Made by a program: the position numbers and the translations under genes
DNA from: a virus
Lineage: Duplodnaviria > Heunggongvirae > Uroviricota > Caudoviricetes
Reading direction: 5' to 3' (one strand)
DNA length: 64,000 bases
IMG/VR virus record: IMGVR_UViG_3300027763_000047
Coordinates: 6,308-70,307 of that record
Notes under the pieces: model-generated
The model's input: the letters and a program-made list of their open reading frames with translations, nothing else
Database searches by the model: none
What the model was told of the DNA's origin: nothing
In this document: positions 46,897 to 55,701 of the stretch, one piece after another
Position numbering within the stretch: the first letter of the stretch is position 1
How the letters are laid out: every line of letters starts with the position of its first letter

Positions 46897-47407
46897 TTAC
46901 GGGGAAATGATTTTTAATGAGAATGATGTCCTTGATCAATTGATGAAGGGGCGTGCCGTTGATTCATTGAAAGGTATGCTGGTGGATGAAACTGTTGATA
47001 TCGAACAGATAGTATATTTTGTGGATCACTTTCCAACTACGTTTATGCCATACAAATTTACTCCTGATCAAGTTGTCTCGGTGCCCGCATGGGATGCCGC
47101 TCAACAGAAGACCTGGCATATGCCCCAGCAGTATCAGGATATGGACATAGCAGAATACGTGTTAAGTTTATGTGTTGATGATGCCGAACTACAAAGGTGT
47201 GGGGAAGAGCTATTGCTGTACCAACAGCACAACCTATTTAATCTACTGAAATATTTAAAATATTTGGTGGATGTAATGAAAGAGAACCACGTAATTTGGG
47301 GTGTCGGGCGAGGCAGTAGTGTGGCCAGCTTTGTACTGTATAAATTAGGCGTACACCGTATAAACAGTATGTACTATAATTTATCCATCACCGAATTTTT
47401 ACGTTAA
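46883..47407 (+). CDS. hypothetical protein
   Basis: 174 aa. Confidence 0.5.
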   Translation: MKKNNYGEMIFNENDVLDQLMKGRAVDSLKGMLVDETVDIEQIVYFVDHFPTTFMPYKFTPDQVVSVPAWDAAQQKTWHMPQQYQDMDIAEYVLSLCVDDAELQRCGEELLLYQQHNLFNLLKYLKYLVDVMKENHVIWGVGRGSSVASFVLYKLGVHRINSMYYNLSITEFLR

Positions 47408-47431
47408 ATATAATGAATTCAGGAGAATATC

Positions 47432-47899
47432 ATGACAACAAAAGTCTATAAAACCGCAAAAGGTAAACCAGTAGACCTTGGAGCATTACGTTTACAAAAC
47501 GAAAATGTTCGAGCAGTTGGTAATATGAATGTAAATGCCCGTGGGGATAGGATCGACGCTGATGGCAACGTAATTGACCCTCGTAATCAACAGATTCAAC
47601 GACGAATACAACGACAAACTAATGTGGCCAGCGGACCGGTACACTCAAGCTCACGTGCTCAACAAGCGGAACAGGTAGCAGCAGAAAATCCAGTGATGCC
47701 CACACGACCAGTAGCACCGGCTGCGGATCCACTCCCTATTCCAGCGGCTCCTCCGGTTGCAACTAGGGAAACAATCGTTACCCAAGATAATGCATTTGCC
47801 GCGGCAATGGGACGTACCAAGACAGTTACACAGACGTTAGAATTAACCGAACGTCAGAAATTAGAAAATCAAATAGCGCAAGCAAAAAAGGGAAAATGA
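47432..47899 (+). CDS. hypothetical protein
   Basis: 155 aa; Pro/Ala-rich middle. Confidence 0.5.
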   Translation: MTTKVYKTAKGKPVDLGALRLQNENVRAVGNMNVNARGDRIDADGNVIDPRNQQIQRRIQRQTNVASGPVHSSSRAQQAEQVAAENPVMPTRPVAPAADPLPIPAAPPVATRETIVTQDNAFAAAMGRTKTVTQTLELTERQKLENQIAQAKKGK

Positions 47900-48291
47900 A
47901 AGCACAGTACGCACCACATAAAGTAGAAAAGCAGAAACTTAAAGTATTACAAAACAATGTTCTGGTATCGGATATGGTGTTTGATGAACGTATCAGTACA
48001 GGCGGTATCTTACTGTTAAATGACAATGGCAAAGGCAATGGTATTCGCCCACGCTGGGGTCGTGTATACGCAGTAGGTCCAGAACAAAAAGATGTTAACG
48101 TAGGTGATTGGGTATTGGTAGCACATGGTCGTTGGACTAGGGGTTTAGATCTCGAAGACGAAAATGGCAAATTAACCGTTCGTAAGATTGATCCTAAAGA
48201 TATCCTACTAGTATCAGATGACGAAGAGTGCCCCACAGTCGAAGGCATTAGTTCTGCCGTGCATGTAGATCGTAAGGAAATGCCTAATTAA
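47896..48291 (+). CDS. co-chaperonin GroES-like (Cpn10)
   Basis: TGGILL, RVYAVGPE...VNVGDWVLV, KDILLV match GroES core. Confidence 0.6.
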   Translation: MKAQYAPHKVEKQKLKVLQNNVLVSDMVFDERISTGGILLLNDNGKGNGIRPRWGRVYAVGPEQKDVNVGDWVLVAHGRWTRGLDLEDENGKLTVRKIDPKDILLVSDDEECPTVEGISSAVHVDRKEMPN

Positions 48292-48364
48292 ACCAAAGTG
48301 TTTGCTTTTATCATCTGCTCCATGTATAATTGTATTATGAATTTTAAAAAGCATGGAGCATTAA

Positions 48365-49291
48365 ATGAATGATTTATGGACAGAAAAGTACAGACCCAAT
48401 ACAGTCGATGGATATGTTTTTACAGACGATGCACAACGACAGCAAGTACAACATTGGATTAAGCAAGGCAGTATCCCACACTTATTACTAAGTGGTAGTC
48501 CCGGCACTGGTAAAACTACCCTGGCTAAATTACTGATCAATGAGCTTGGGGTAGATGAATTTGATGTGCTATACTCAAATGGATCTAAAGATGCCCGTAA
48601 ACTAGATTGGGTGGACAAACTGATTGGCTTTTGTAGTACTATGCCTTTTGGTAAATTTAAAGTGGTATTGGTTGATGAAGCGGATTTTATGAATCCAAAT
48701 TCTGTACAACCAGCACTTAGAAACCTAATGGAAGACTACAGTGAAAGCGTCAGATTTATCCTGACCTGTAACTATCCCAATAAGATACTGCCAGCATTGC
48801 ACAGTCGGTGTCAAGGGTTTCACATGCAAAAGACAGATCTTGTGGAATTTACAGCTCGTCTAGCAACTGTATTGATCAGCGAAGAAATAGATTTTGACTT
48901 GCCCACACTTGATTTATTTGTAACAGCCACATATCCAGATCTACGTAAATCGTTAAATTTGCTACAGGCTAATTCAACAACAGGAAAACTTGTTGAGCCC
49001 AGTTCAACTGAACAGTCAGTTGATAATTGGAGACTGCAAGCAGTATCGTTATTCAAAGCTGGTAATATCAATGAAGCACGTAAGGTTATCTGCAATCAAG
49101 CAAACATTGAAGATATGGATAGCATGTATCGATGGATGTATGATAACCTTTCGCTATGGAGTGACACACAGGAAGGACAAGACCGAGCGATTATTATTAT
49201 TAGAAACTCGCTGGCTAACGTTCATTTGATGTCAGATCAAGAAATCAACTTATCAGCAACGCTTTGCGAATTAACTCAAATAGGAAATTAA
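48365..49291 (+). CDS. clamp-loader ATPase (RFC/gp44-like)
   Basis: WTEKYRP, Walker A SGSPGTGKTT, VLVDEADF. Confidence 0.75.
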   Translation: MNDLWTEKYRPNTVDGYVFTDDAQRQQVQHWIKQGSIPHLLLSGSPGTGKTTLAKLLINELGVDEFDVLYSNGSKDARKLDWVDKLIGFCSTMPFGKFKVVLVDEADFMNPNSVQPALRNLMEDYSESVRFILTCNYPNKILPALHSRCQGFHMQKTDLVEFTARLATVLISEEIDFDLPTLDLFVTATYPDLRKSLNLLQANSTTGKLVEPSSTEQSVDNWRLQAVSLFKAGNINEARKVICNQANIEDMDSMYRWMYDNLSLWSDTQEGQDRAIIIIRNSLANVHLMSDQEINLSATLCELTQIGN

Positions 49292-49594
49292 ATGCGATAC
49301 TTAGTTATCATGTATATTAAAAAGCCCGATGGGCAAGTAGATGAAGCAACAACTGTTACAAAATCACTTAAATCAAAAGACTTGTCTATGGGTAGTGTAA
49401 TCCTTGACTTTAAAGAAAAGAAAATTGTTAAAGCCAGCTTTAGTGGCACACTGGCTGAGAAACGCTGGGATAAGATTCGAGATTTTTATTACGAGTTTTA
49501 CCCAAAGTACATTGACCTGCTGGAAGCAGCCTATCAAACTATAGAAGAGATTCAAAATGAAGTATCTACCGAAACAGAAAATAATCCTAACTGA
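49292..49594 (+). CDS. small hypothetical protein (possible clamp-loader partner)
   Basis: 100 aa directly downstream. Confidence 0.4.
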   Translation: MRYLVIMYIKKPDGQVDEATTVTKSLKSKDLSMGSVILDFKEKKIVKASFSGTLAEKRWDKIRDFYYEFYPKYIDLLEAAYQTIEEIQNEVSTETENNPN

Positions 49595-50162
49595 TTGTGA
49601 CGGAGTATGTTTAGATTGGGAATGGGCATTTAATATCTGGATGTATCAACACGGATTTGAAGAAATTCCTGGTGCCAAACTAAACTATGACATGTCTGTA
49701 CGTTATGGCATTCCGCGTGAACAAGTAGTTAAACTGATCCGCATTTTTAATGAAAGTGCGTCTATCGGATTCTTGCCGCCCATGCGTGATGCCATGTATT
49801 ATATCAAAAGATTGCATGAAGAATTTGGTTATAAGTTTCATGCCATTACTTCATTGAGTTTAGATCCTAATGCTCAGAAGCTAAGGGAAATGAATCTTCA
49901 TAAGTTATTTGGTCCTACCGCATTTGAGCGTATTGTATGTTTAGATACTGGTGCTGATAAAGATGAGGCGTTGGCAGAATATAAAGACTCCGGATATTAT
50001 TGGATTGAAGATAAGTGGGCCAATGCTGAAGCCGGCTATAAAGCCGGCCTCAGGTGTATCGTGTTAGAACATGGTCATAATATGTACGAGTATCATCCAG
50101 AAATTACTATCTTAAAAAACTGGAAAACAATATTTGACCATATTACCGATCAGTCGGAATAA
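49557..50162 (+). CDS. HAD-superfamily phosphatase (5'-deoxynucleotidase-like)
   Basis: IILTDCDGVCLDW (DxDG motif). Confidence 0.5.
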   Translation: MKYLPKQKIILTDCDGVCLDWEWAFNIWMYQHGFEEIPGAKLNYDMSVRYGIPREQVVKLIRIFNESASIGFLPPMRDAMYYIKRLHEEFGYKFHAITSLSLDPNAQKLREMNLHKLFGPTAFERIVCLDTGADKDEALAEYKDSGYYWIEDKWANAEAGYKAGLRCIVLEHGHNMYEYHPEITILKNWKTIFDHITDQSE

Positions 50163-50935
50163 AGGCGAAGCACGGAATCAATGATTCTGTGCCGCTGTAT
50201 GTCGCGACTATCTAGCTCGCACACAGCTATTCCATTTACACCTCCTTTCAACAATCTTTGGCATAAATCTGCGAGGCCGTTGTTACCTTTAGTGCGGTCA
50301 GCTTGTTCAATATCTCCCGTAATGACGATTTTACTGCCTTCGCCGATACGTGTCATTAGCATCTTACATTGTGCCGGAGTAGCATTCTGCATCTCATCAG
50401 CTATAATGTATGCGTTTTTAAAGGTTCTACCCCTCATAAACGCAAGTGGTGCTATCTCTATTTTTTGATCCTCTAACATACCAGCAATATCCTGCTGACG
50501 ATAATATTCACGAAGAATATCAGTTAAGGGCCTTACCCATGGATCCATCTTTTGGTTTAAATCTCCTGGTAAAAATCCATGTTTTTCATCTTCTACGCCA
50601 ACTGCTGGTCGTGTTAGGATTATACGATCAACTTCTCCTTCGCGGAATGCCTTAACAGCGGCTAGCATAGCAAGGTAAGTTTTACCTGTACCAGCTGGAC
50701 CTGCTGTGATTACAATATGTTGACTTTCATCTTGCAATGCCAATACCAATCGCTCTTGATTTCGTGTACGGGGCACGATATCAATGGGACGTTGTTTTAA
50801 GGGTTTTGCTTGATTGAAGTTTATTGTATTTTCTTGAAATACCGTATCACGGCGTTGTGATTTTACTGCTTTGTGTCTACTCATTAAAGCCTCATGTAGA
50901 AGTAAGTTACTGCTATCAGCACCTTGCTGACCCAA
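50150..50935 (-). CDS. phoH: PhoH-like ATPase
   Basis: ITAGPAGTGKTYLAM and YIIADEMQN. Confidence 0.85.
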   Translation of the reverse strand: MGQQGADSSNLLLHEALMSRHKAVKSQRRDTVFQENTINFNQAKPLKQRPIDIVPRTRNQERLVLALQDESQHIVITAGPAGTGKTYLAMLAAVKAFREGEVDRIILTRPAVGVEDEKHGFLPGDLNQKMDPWVRPLTDILREYYRQQDIAGMLEDQKIEIAPLAFMRGRTFKNAYIIADEMQNATPAQCKMLMTRIGEGSKIVITGDIEQADRTKGNNGLADLCQRLLKGGVNGIAVCELDSRDIQRHRIIDSVLRLYSD

Positions 50936-51063
50936 GTATTTACATCAGTGTATTTTTATATTCTATGAGTAGTAAAAAGGTGTTATAAGTTGATAAGTAT
51001 TAGGCTATACTGTAAATTCTTACATTCCCAATATTATGCCATATTCGCAACTACACTAAATAC

Positions 51064-51684
51064 TTGACTATGGCAAACAAAGCATTCGATTCAGAAATAT
51101 TCAAAGATCACCAAGATTATTGGCAAGTGGCCCAAAACATCAAGGACATATACCTATCCGAGGGTACGCTATTGACCCTGTTAGACTTCGAGCGTGTATT
51201 AGATTCCATGGATCTATACGCATTTAAAAACTGGGATATCGGTGAGCTGGTACAAGGCCCAACAGTGGGAAAATATCACGTTAGTTGTATATTTCTCTGG
51301 CCCGAAAACTTAATGCCCGATCCACGTGGTGGACGTAGATTATTACCGTTTGATTGTACTGTAAAGTACAAGAAAACTGACATGAAGATTCCCATTAAAA
51401 TTGATGATCCTAGCGATTATCGCCCGGGAACAAAAATAGCAAGAATCATTGAGAAAAAGGTATGGTTGGTGGAAATCACCATGCCCAAAACTTTGATGAG
51501 CGATATACGTACAGGCAGTATTGATCTTGAAGAACAGGAACTTGATCTACAAGAATTAGATAACGCTTATTCGGTTGATGAACGTGGTACTGCACCTAGC
51601 GCACCGCCTGGAGCAGCACCGGCCCCAGCGGCACCTGCTGCTGCCGCAGCAGCCGCACCGGCCGCACCCCCCACTGGCGCATAA
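51064..51684 (+). CDS. hypothetical protein with Pro/Ala-rich C-terminus
   Basis: 206 aa; CTAAATACTTGA motif just upstream. Confidence 0.5.
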   Translation: MTMANKAFDSEIFKDHQDYWQVAQNIKDIYLSEGTLLTLLDFERVLDSMDLYAFKNWDIGELVQGPTVGKYHVSCIFLWPENLMPDPRGGRRLLPFDCTVKYKKTDMKIPIKIDDPSDYRPGTKIARIIEKKVWLVEITMPKTLMSDIRTGSIDLEEQELDLQELDNAYSVDERGTAPSAPPGAAPAPAAPAAAAAAAPAAPPTGA

Positions 51685-51686
51685 AA

Positions 51687-52244
51687 ATGACTAATAAACC
51701 ATCAAATTTTAACTTTGTTTTCGAAGGATTAGGATATAAGGATATGGATGGCTTGATCAAGCCTATTGTCCATGTTGATGAATTTACCAGTAAAATGGGT
51801 GACGATGATGATGTCATTGTATTATCTTTTTTCCTACGTGATCCTACCGCAGCCAAGGACCTAATGAATTGGTTTGAACGTGGCTATGATTTTATTATTG
51901 ATGCTGATCGTAGCCCAGGTGAAATCAAAACAAATAGATACCTAGTATTTGTTGAAATACGTCGACGCAGTACAGCCGGCGCACATGTCAACCGATTATT
52001 AGAAGACCTGAGTACACTAACAGAACATGATGTAGAAGATTGGAAAATGGTGTACGATGGTAAGGAATTTCCCTTTAGCCAGGAAGAGTTTGAAAAAATA
52101 GTTCCACTATCGCCAAAAGCATATCGCGAGGCACACGATGGTGAATTAAATGAAATGCGTACCGCAGCTGGATTACCAGTAAAAACATATTATGAGCAGG
52201 ATAACGATATTAAATCAATACAATCTGCTGCGGGGATACTGTAA
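51687..52244 (+). CDS. hypothetical protein
   Basis: 185 aa. Confidence 0.5.
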   Translation: MTNKPSNFNFVFEGLGYKDMDGLIKPIVHVDEFTSKMGDDDDVIVLSFFLRDPTAAKDLMNWFERGYDFIIDADRSPGEIKTNRYLVFVEIRRRSTAGAHVNRLLEDLSTLTEHDVEDWKMVYDGKEFPFSQEEFEKIVPLSPKAYREAHDGELNEMRTAAGLPVKTYYEQDNDIKSIQSAAGIL

Positions 52245-52474
52245 TGAAAATGTCAGAAATATTAAGAATAATAGCGGACACCATTGAGCCACTAGAAGAG
52301 TACGATCCTGCAGAAGTTACTCCTGACAATCCTGTAGAAGACCCTGCTCCTGGGATCGCATTGATCGTTCACCATGAACCGGAAATGGAACCTGAAATGC
52401 AGCAGGCCCCCGAACAAGAACTTCCTGCTGGACTAAGTGATATACTTAGGCTCGCCGGTGGCCCTGGTTGCTAG
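52244..52474 (+). CDS. small acidic protein
   Basis: 76 aa. Confidence 0.4.
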   Translation: MKMSEILRIIADTIEPLEEYDPAEVTPDNPVEDPAPGIALIVHHEPEMEPEMQQAPEQELPAGLSDILRLAGGPGC

Positions 52475-52492
52475 AATCTGGTGTCTATAAAT

Positions 52493-52753
52493 TTATTTTA
52501 CTGAATCAAATATCTTTTTTTGTTCTATATACCAGTTATTCCACGCATCAACTTTGTAACTACATTCATGATATTTTCCATAGTTTGTAGTTACATTAGA
52601 TATTAAAACACTTAGTTTATTAGTTATAGGAGCAGCAGTAAGCTGTTCACATGCTGTGGTCAATGATGGCGGAACAGATGGAAAATTTCTTTCAACCGGC
52701 GTTGCGACACAGCCTGTTAAAAATAATAAAGATAAAATTATAACTGATTTCAT
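52493..52753 (-). CDS. o-spanin-like outer-membrane lipoprotein
   Basis: lipobox LFLTGC; ATGA overlap with upstream gene. Confidence 0.5.
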   Translation of the reverse strand: MKSVIILSLLFLTGCVATPVERNFPSVPPSLTTACEQLTAAPITNKLSVLISNVTTNYGKYHECSYKVDAWNNWYIEQKKIFDSVK

Positions 52754-53196
52754 TTCTTAACTCCTACTAATGCTGATTGATTTAGTATGTCAATAGCCAA
52801 TGGATCAACTTTACAAGTTAAGTCAAGTTTAGCAGCATTTTTGGCAATGCGATTTTTAACTACATACTGAACTTCTTTCACAATTTTAACACGATCAACA
52901 TACACCGTTTCAATTTTGCCATTAGCTTCAGCGGCCTCCTTCTCTGCCTTAGCAACCTTTATTTCAAGTTCGGCAACTCTTGCTGCCCATTTGGCTTCAT
53001 TTGCAATTCCGCCTTCTATCCACACACAAAATACAATAAGCACGGCACTAGCAATACGAATTACAAATGCATTGGTTGTGATAAAAGGAATCATTTTAAG
53101 AATGTAGCTGGCCCCAAATGCTAGTATAGCAAATATTAACAATAGATGATATACAAAATCAGGTAATAAAGATAACAGCCACATTATTTGCCACAT
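52750..53196 (-). CDS. i-spanin-like membrane protein with coiled coil
   Basis: N-terminal TM(s) then AARVAELEIKVAKAEKEAAEANGKIE coiled coil; directly downstream of endolysin. Confidence 0.45.
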   Translation of the reverse strand: MWQIMWLLSLLPDFVYHLLLIFAILAFGASYILKMIPFITTNAFVIRIASAVLIVFCVWIEGGIANEAKWAARVAELEIKVAKAEKEAAEANGKIETVYVDRVKIVKEVQYVVKNRIAKNAAKLDLTCKVDPLAIDILNQSALVGVKK

Positions 53197-53197
53197 A

Positions 53198-53827
53198 TCA
53201 TGCCCCTAGTACGTGACAAGCATGTTGATAGTGTTTTTCTCTGTCAGCAAGGCCAATGGTGCCACCATTGATTCGTTTAGTTAATGTTAAAATATCACCT
53301 GCGTCAGCAAATTGATTTAGTCCATTAGTTTCCCAGAACCAACATGCGCTCTGAACAGCGCCTTCAAATGTACCTAGGTACTCTGGCAATTGTTCAACAG
53401 GAGTTTCTATACTTTCCGCAAAGCGTGTATAATTATCTTTGCCTGTTAACTGGATAAGACCCTTGCCTGCGTAACGCCATCCATCACCACTTTCTTCTGG
53501 ACCATTGCCCATGCGGTCACAATAAGCACGATTGGCTATCATTTCTTGATTGTGTGCGTATTGCTCTGCAATAGCAGGCGGAAAACGACTAGGCCAGACA
53601 CGGCTTAATGATGCTGCTGTGTAGTTTAAGTTTTCTTTTAATGCTGTAAAATTAGCACTCTCGTGGGCACATTGAGCTAAAAAAGCAGCTACCCTAGGTA
53701 CTGTGTTAATTTCGTAATCAGGTAATATACGTGATATAGCATCATACCACTCTGCCACATACGGATTGTTAGGTATAATTTGTGCCAGTTGTTCTGGTGT
53801 AAAGTTGAATGCGAATCCTTGACTCAT
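53198..53827 (-). CDS. GH19 (chitinase-like) endolysin
   Basis: AAFLAQCAHESANF and YAGKGLIQLTGKDNY signatures. Confidence 0.8.
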   Translation of the reverse strand: MSQGFAFNFTPEQLAQIIPNNPYVAEWYDAISRILPDYEINTVPRVAAFLAQCAHESANFTALKENLNYTAASLSRVWPSRFPPAIAEQYAHNQEMIANRAYCDRMGNGPEESGDGWRYAGKGLIQLTGKDNYTRFAESIETPVEQLPEYLGTFEGAVQSACWFWETNGLNQFADAGDILTLTKRINGGTIGLADREKHYQHACHVLGA

Positions 53828-53838
53828 TTAATTTTCCT

Positions 53839-54195
53839 TTATTTTTTAGGTACTAGGTGACCAAACTGAGCTTCAGCACGGCGTGTGCCTGGACCAGTAA
53901 TTCCATCTGCTGTGATCTTAGCTCCGGCAGCAATTAGTTCTTTTTGACGTTTCTGAACAGCAGCATCAAAACCAGGTGGTTTAGCAGCTGGCTTGGCAGG
54001 TGCCTTAGCTGGTACTGCTGTGCCTTCGTATTTCTTGTGTACCTTAATAGTACGGCAAGTTTGCTTAGTTGTCCCATCTTTATTTAATACAACATGACCA
54101 GCTTTGTCTTTAACTGGATTACATACTTGTTTAGTTTCGGCGGCATTAGCAGAAGATGCTATGCCTAATATGATTATTGCAAATAGAGTTTTCAT
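53839..54195 (-). CDS. secreted protein with PG_binding_1-like domain
   Basis: signal peptide; DGITGPGTRRAEAQFG. Confidence 0.5.
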   Translation of the reverse strand: MKTLFAIIILGIASSANAAETKQVCNPVKDKAGHVVLNKDGTTKQTCRTIKVHKKYEGTAVPAKAPAKPAAKPPGFDAAVQKRQKELIAAGAKITADGITGPGTRRAEAQFGHLVPKK

Positions 54196-54204
54196 TATTA
54201 TTCC

Positions 54205-54729
54205 TTATAAGGGTTGATCTACTTGTGCTGCTGGACCTGGTTTGCCAGCATACATAGTTTTTGTTGGTGCGCTGTTAAACCCGGGAGATGGACTGTTAAA
54301 TCCATTTGAGGGACTATTGAATCCAGGTGATGGGCTACCAAATCCAGATGATGGACTGTTAAGCCCGGTTGACGGACTGTTAAATCCTGACGATGGGCTA
54401 CCATATCCATTTGATGGATTATTACCATACCCTGTATTCATGCCATTGTTGACCCCGGCTAATTTTTCTTGGGTACGCCCAAATGCCGCTACTCCTATTA
54501 TGGCACCCATTGCCATATGAAATAGTCCTGCTCCTTGAAGAGTGATTGGTTGCCATTGTGTTTCAACACGGCCACCATGTGCTGCTTGTATTAAACTCCA
54601 TAGTATAGGAAATACCACAAAATCACACATACAGACAAACATATACATCCACCCCATCATAGGGCGCCATTTGCTGTTCATCCAATCTTCTTTTTTCTTT
54701 TCGCTTTCAGATTGTACTGTTTCTGACAT
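54205..54729 (-). CDS. holin-like membrane protein with C-terminal SPSxGFN heptad repeats
   Basis: two TM segments; 7 tandem S-P-S-x-G-F-N repeats; first gene of lysis cluster. Confidence 0.4.
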   Translation of the reverse strand: MSETVQSESEKKKEDWMNSKWRPMMGWMYMFVCMCDFVVFPILWSLIQAAHGGRVETQWQPITLQGAGLFHMAMGAIIGVAAFGRTQEKLAGVNNGMNTGYGNNPSNGYGSPSSGFNSPSTGLNSPSSGFGSPSPGFNSPSNGFNSPSPGFNSAPTKTMYAGKPGPAAQVDQPL

Positions 54730-54779
54730 ACTAAATCCTCGAATTGTACAGATATTTATCTAGATTCACCAAAGCTAGA

Positions 54780-54808
54780 TTGACATAAATATCGTTTTAC
54801 TATACAAT
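54780..54808 (+). promoter_or_regulatory. sigma70-type promoter
   Basis: ttgacataaatatcgttttactatacaat. Confidence 0.6.
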
Positions 54809-54840
54809 ACACCCATGACTATCTTATACCCTGTTACCAT

Positions 54841-55638
54841 ATGAGTAATCCTTACGATACACTGGGCGTGCCTAAAAACGCCACTACTGACGAAATTAAA
54901 AAGGCTTACCGCAAGTTGGCTAGTCAACATCATCCTGACAAAGGTGGCGATACCAAAAAATTCCAAGACATACAAACAGCTTACGAGACACTGGGTGACG
55001 AACAAAAACGTGCTCAGTATGATAGACCACAGCCGCAAGGTGTGCATTTTGAATTTGGTGGACCGGGAGGATTCGATCTCGGTAGTATATTCAATATGTT
55101 CGGGGCGAAGGGATTTCAAAATCATCCTCCTGGTCAGCCACCAAGACAACAGCACACACGCATGAGCTTGTGGATTACCTTATCAGACATTGCATCGGGC
55201 GGAAAACGTACAGTAGCCATTGGCGGTAGCCACGGTAGTATGAACATTGAAATCGAAATCCCCATGGGTATCAATGATGGAGACAATGTTCAGTATGGAG
55301 GAATTGGTCCGGGAAATACGGATCTAATTATTAACTTCCGTATTCATCCTCACCCCAAATGGCAACGTAATGGATTGACACTAATTGCCGAACAAACGGT
55401 ATCCATCTGGGACTGTTTAGTAGGCGGTGAAACAATTGTAAAAGATTTACTGAATAATCAATATACTATTAGTGTTCCCCCATTAACTCAACCAGGGAGT
55501 TTATTAAGATTAAAAGACAAAGGGTTGCGTAACAGGCAAGGTCAGTCCGGAGATCTACTGATTAGGATTCAGGCTAAAATGCCAGAATCTATCAGCCAAG
55601 AGCTATCGGAACTGATTAAAGAGCAGCAGGAAAAATAG
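54841..55638 (+). CDS. J-domain protein (DnaJ/CbpA-like, no zinc finger)
   Basis: YDTLGV...AYRKLASQHHPDKGG (HPD motif) plus DnaJ C-terminal-like domain. Confidence 0.8.
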   Translation: MSNPYDTLGVPKNATTDEIKKAYRKLASQHHPDKGGDTKKFQDIQTAYETLGDEQKRAQYDRPQPQGVHFEFGGPGGFDLGSIFNMFGAKGFQNHPPGQPPRQQHTRMSLWITLSDIASGGKRTVAIGGSHGSMNIEIEIPMGINDGDNVQYGGIGPGNTDLIINFRIHPHPKWQRNGLTLIAEQTVSIWDCLVGGETIVKDLLNNQYTISVPPLTQPGSLLRLKDKGLRNRQGQSGDLLIRIQAKMPESISQELSELIKEQQEK

Positions 55639-55701
55639 TCTTATCACTTGTATTTAAAATATTTTTACTATATACTATAACGGTACTGGATAAAGGATAC
55701 C

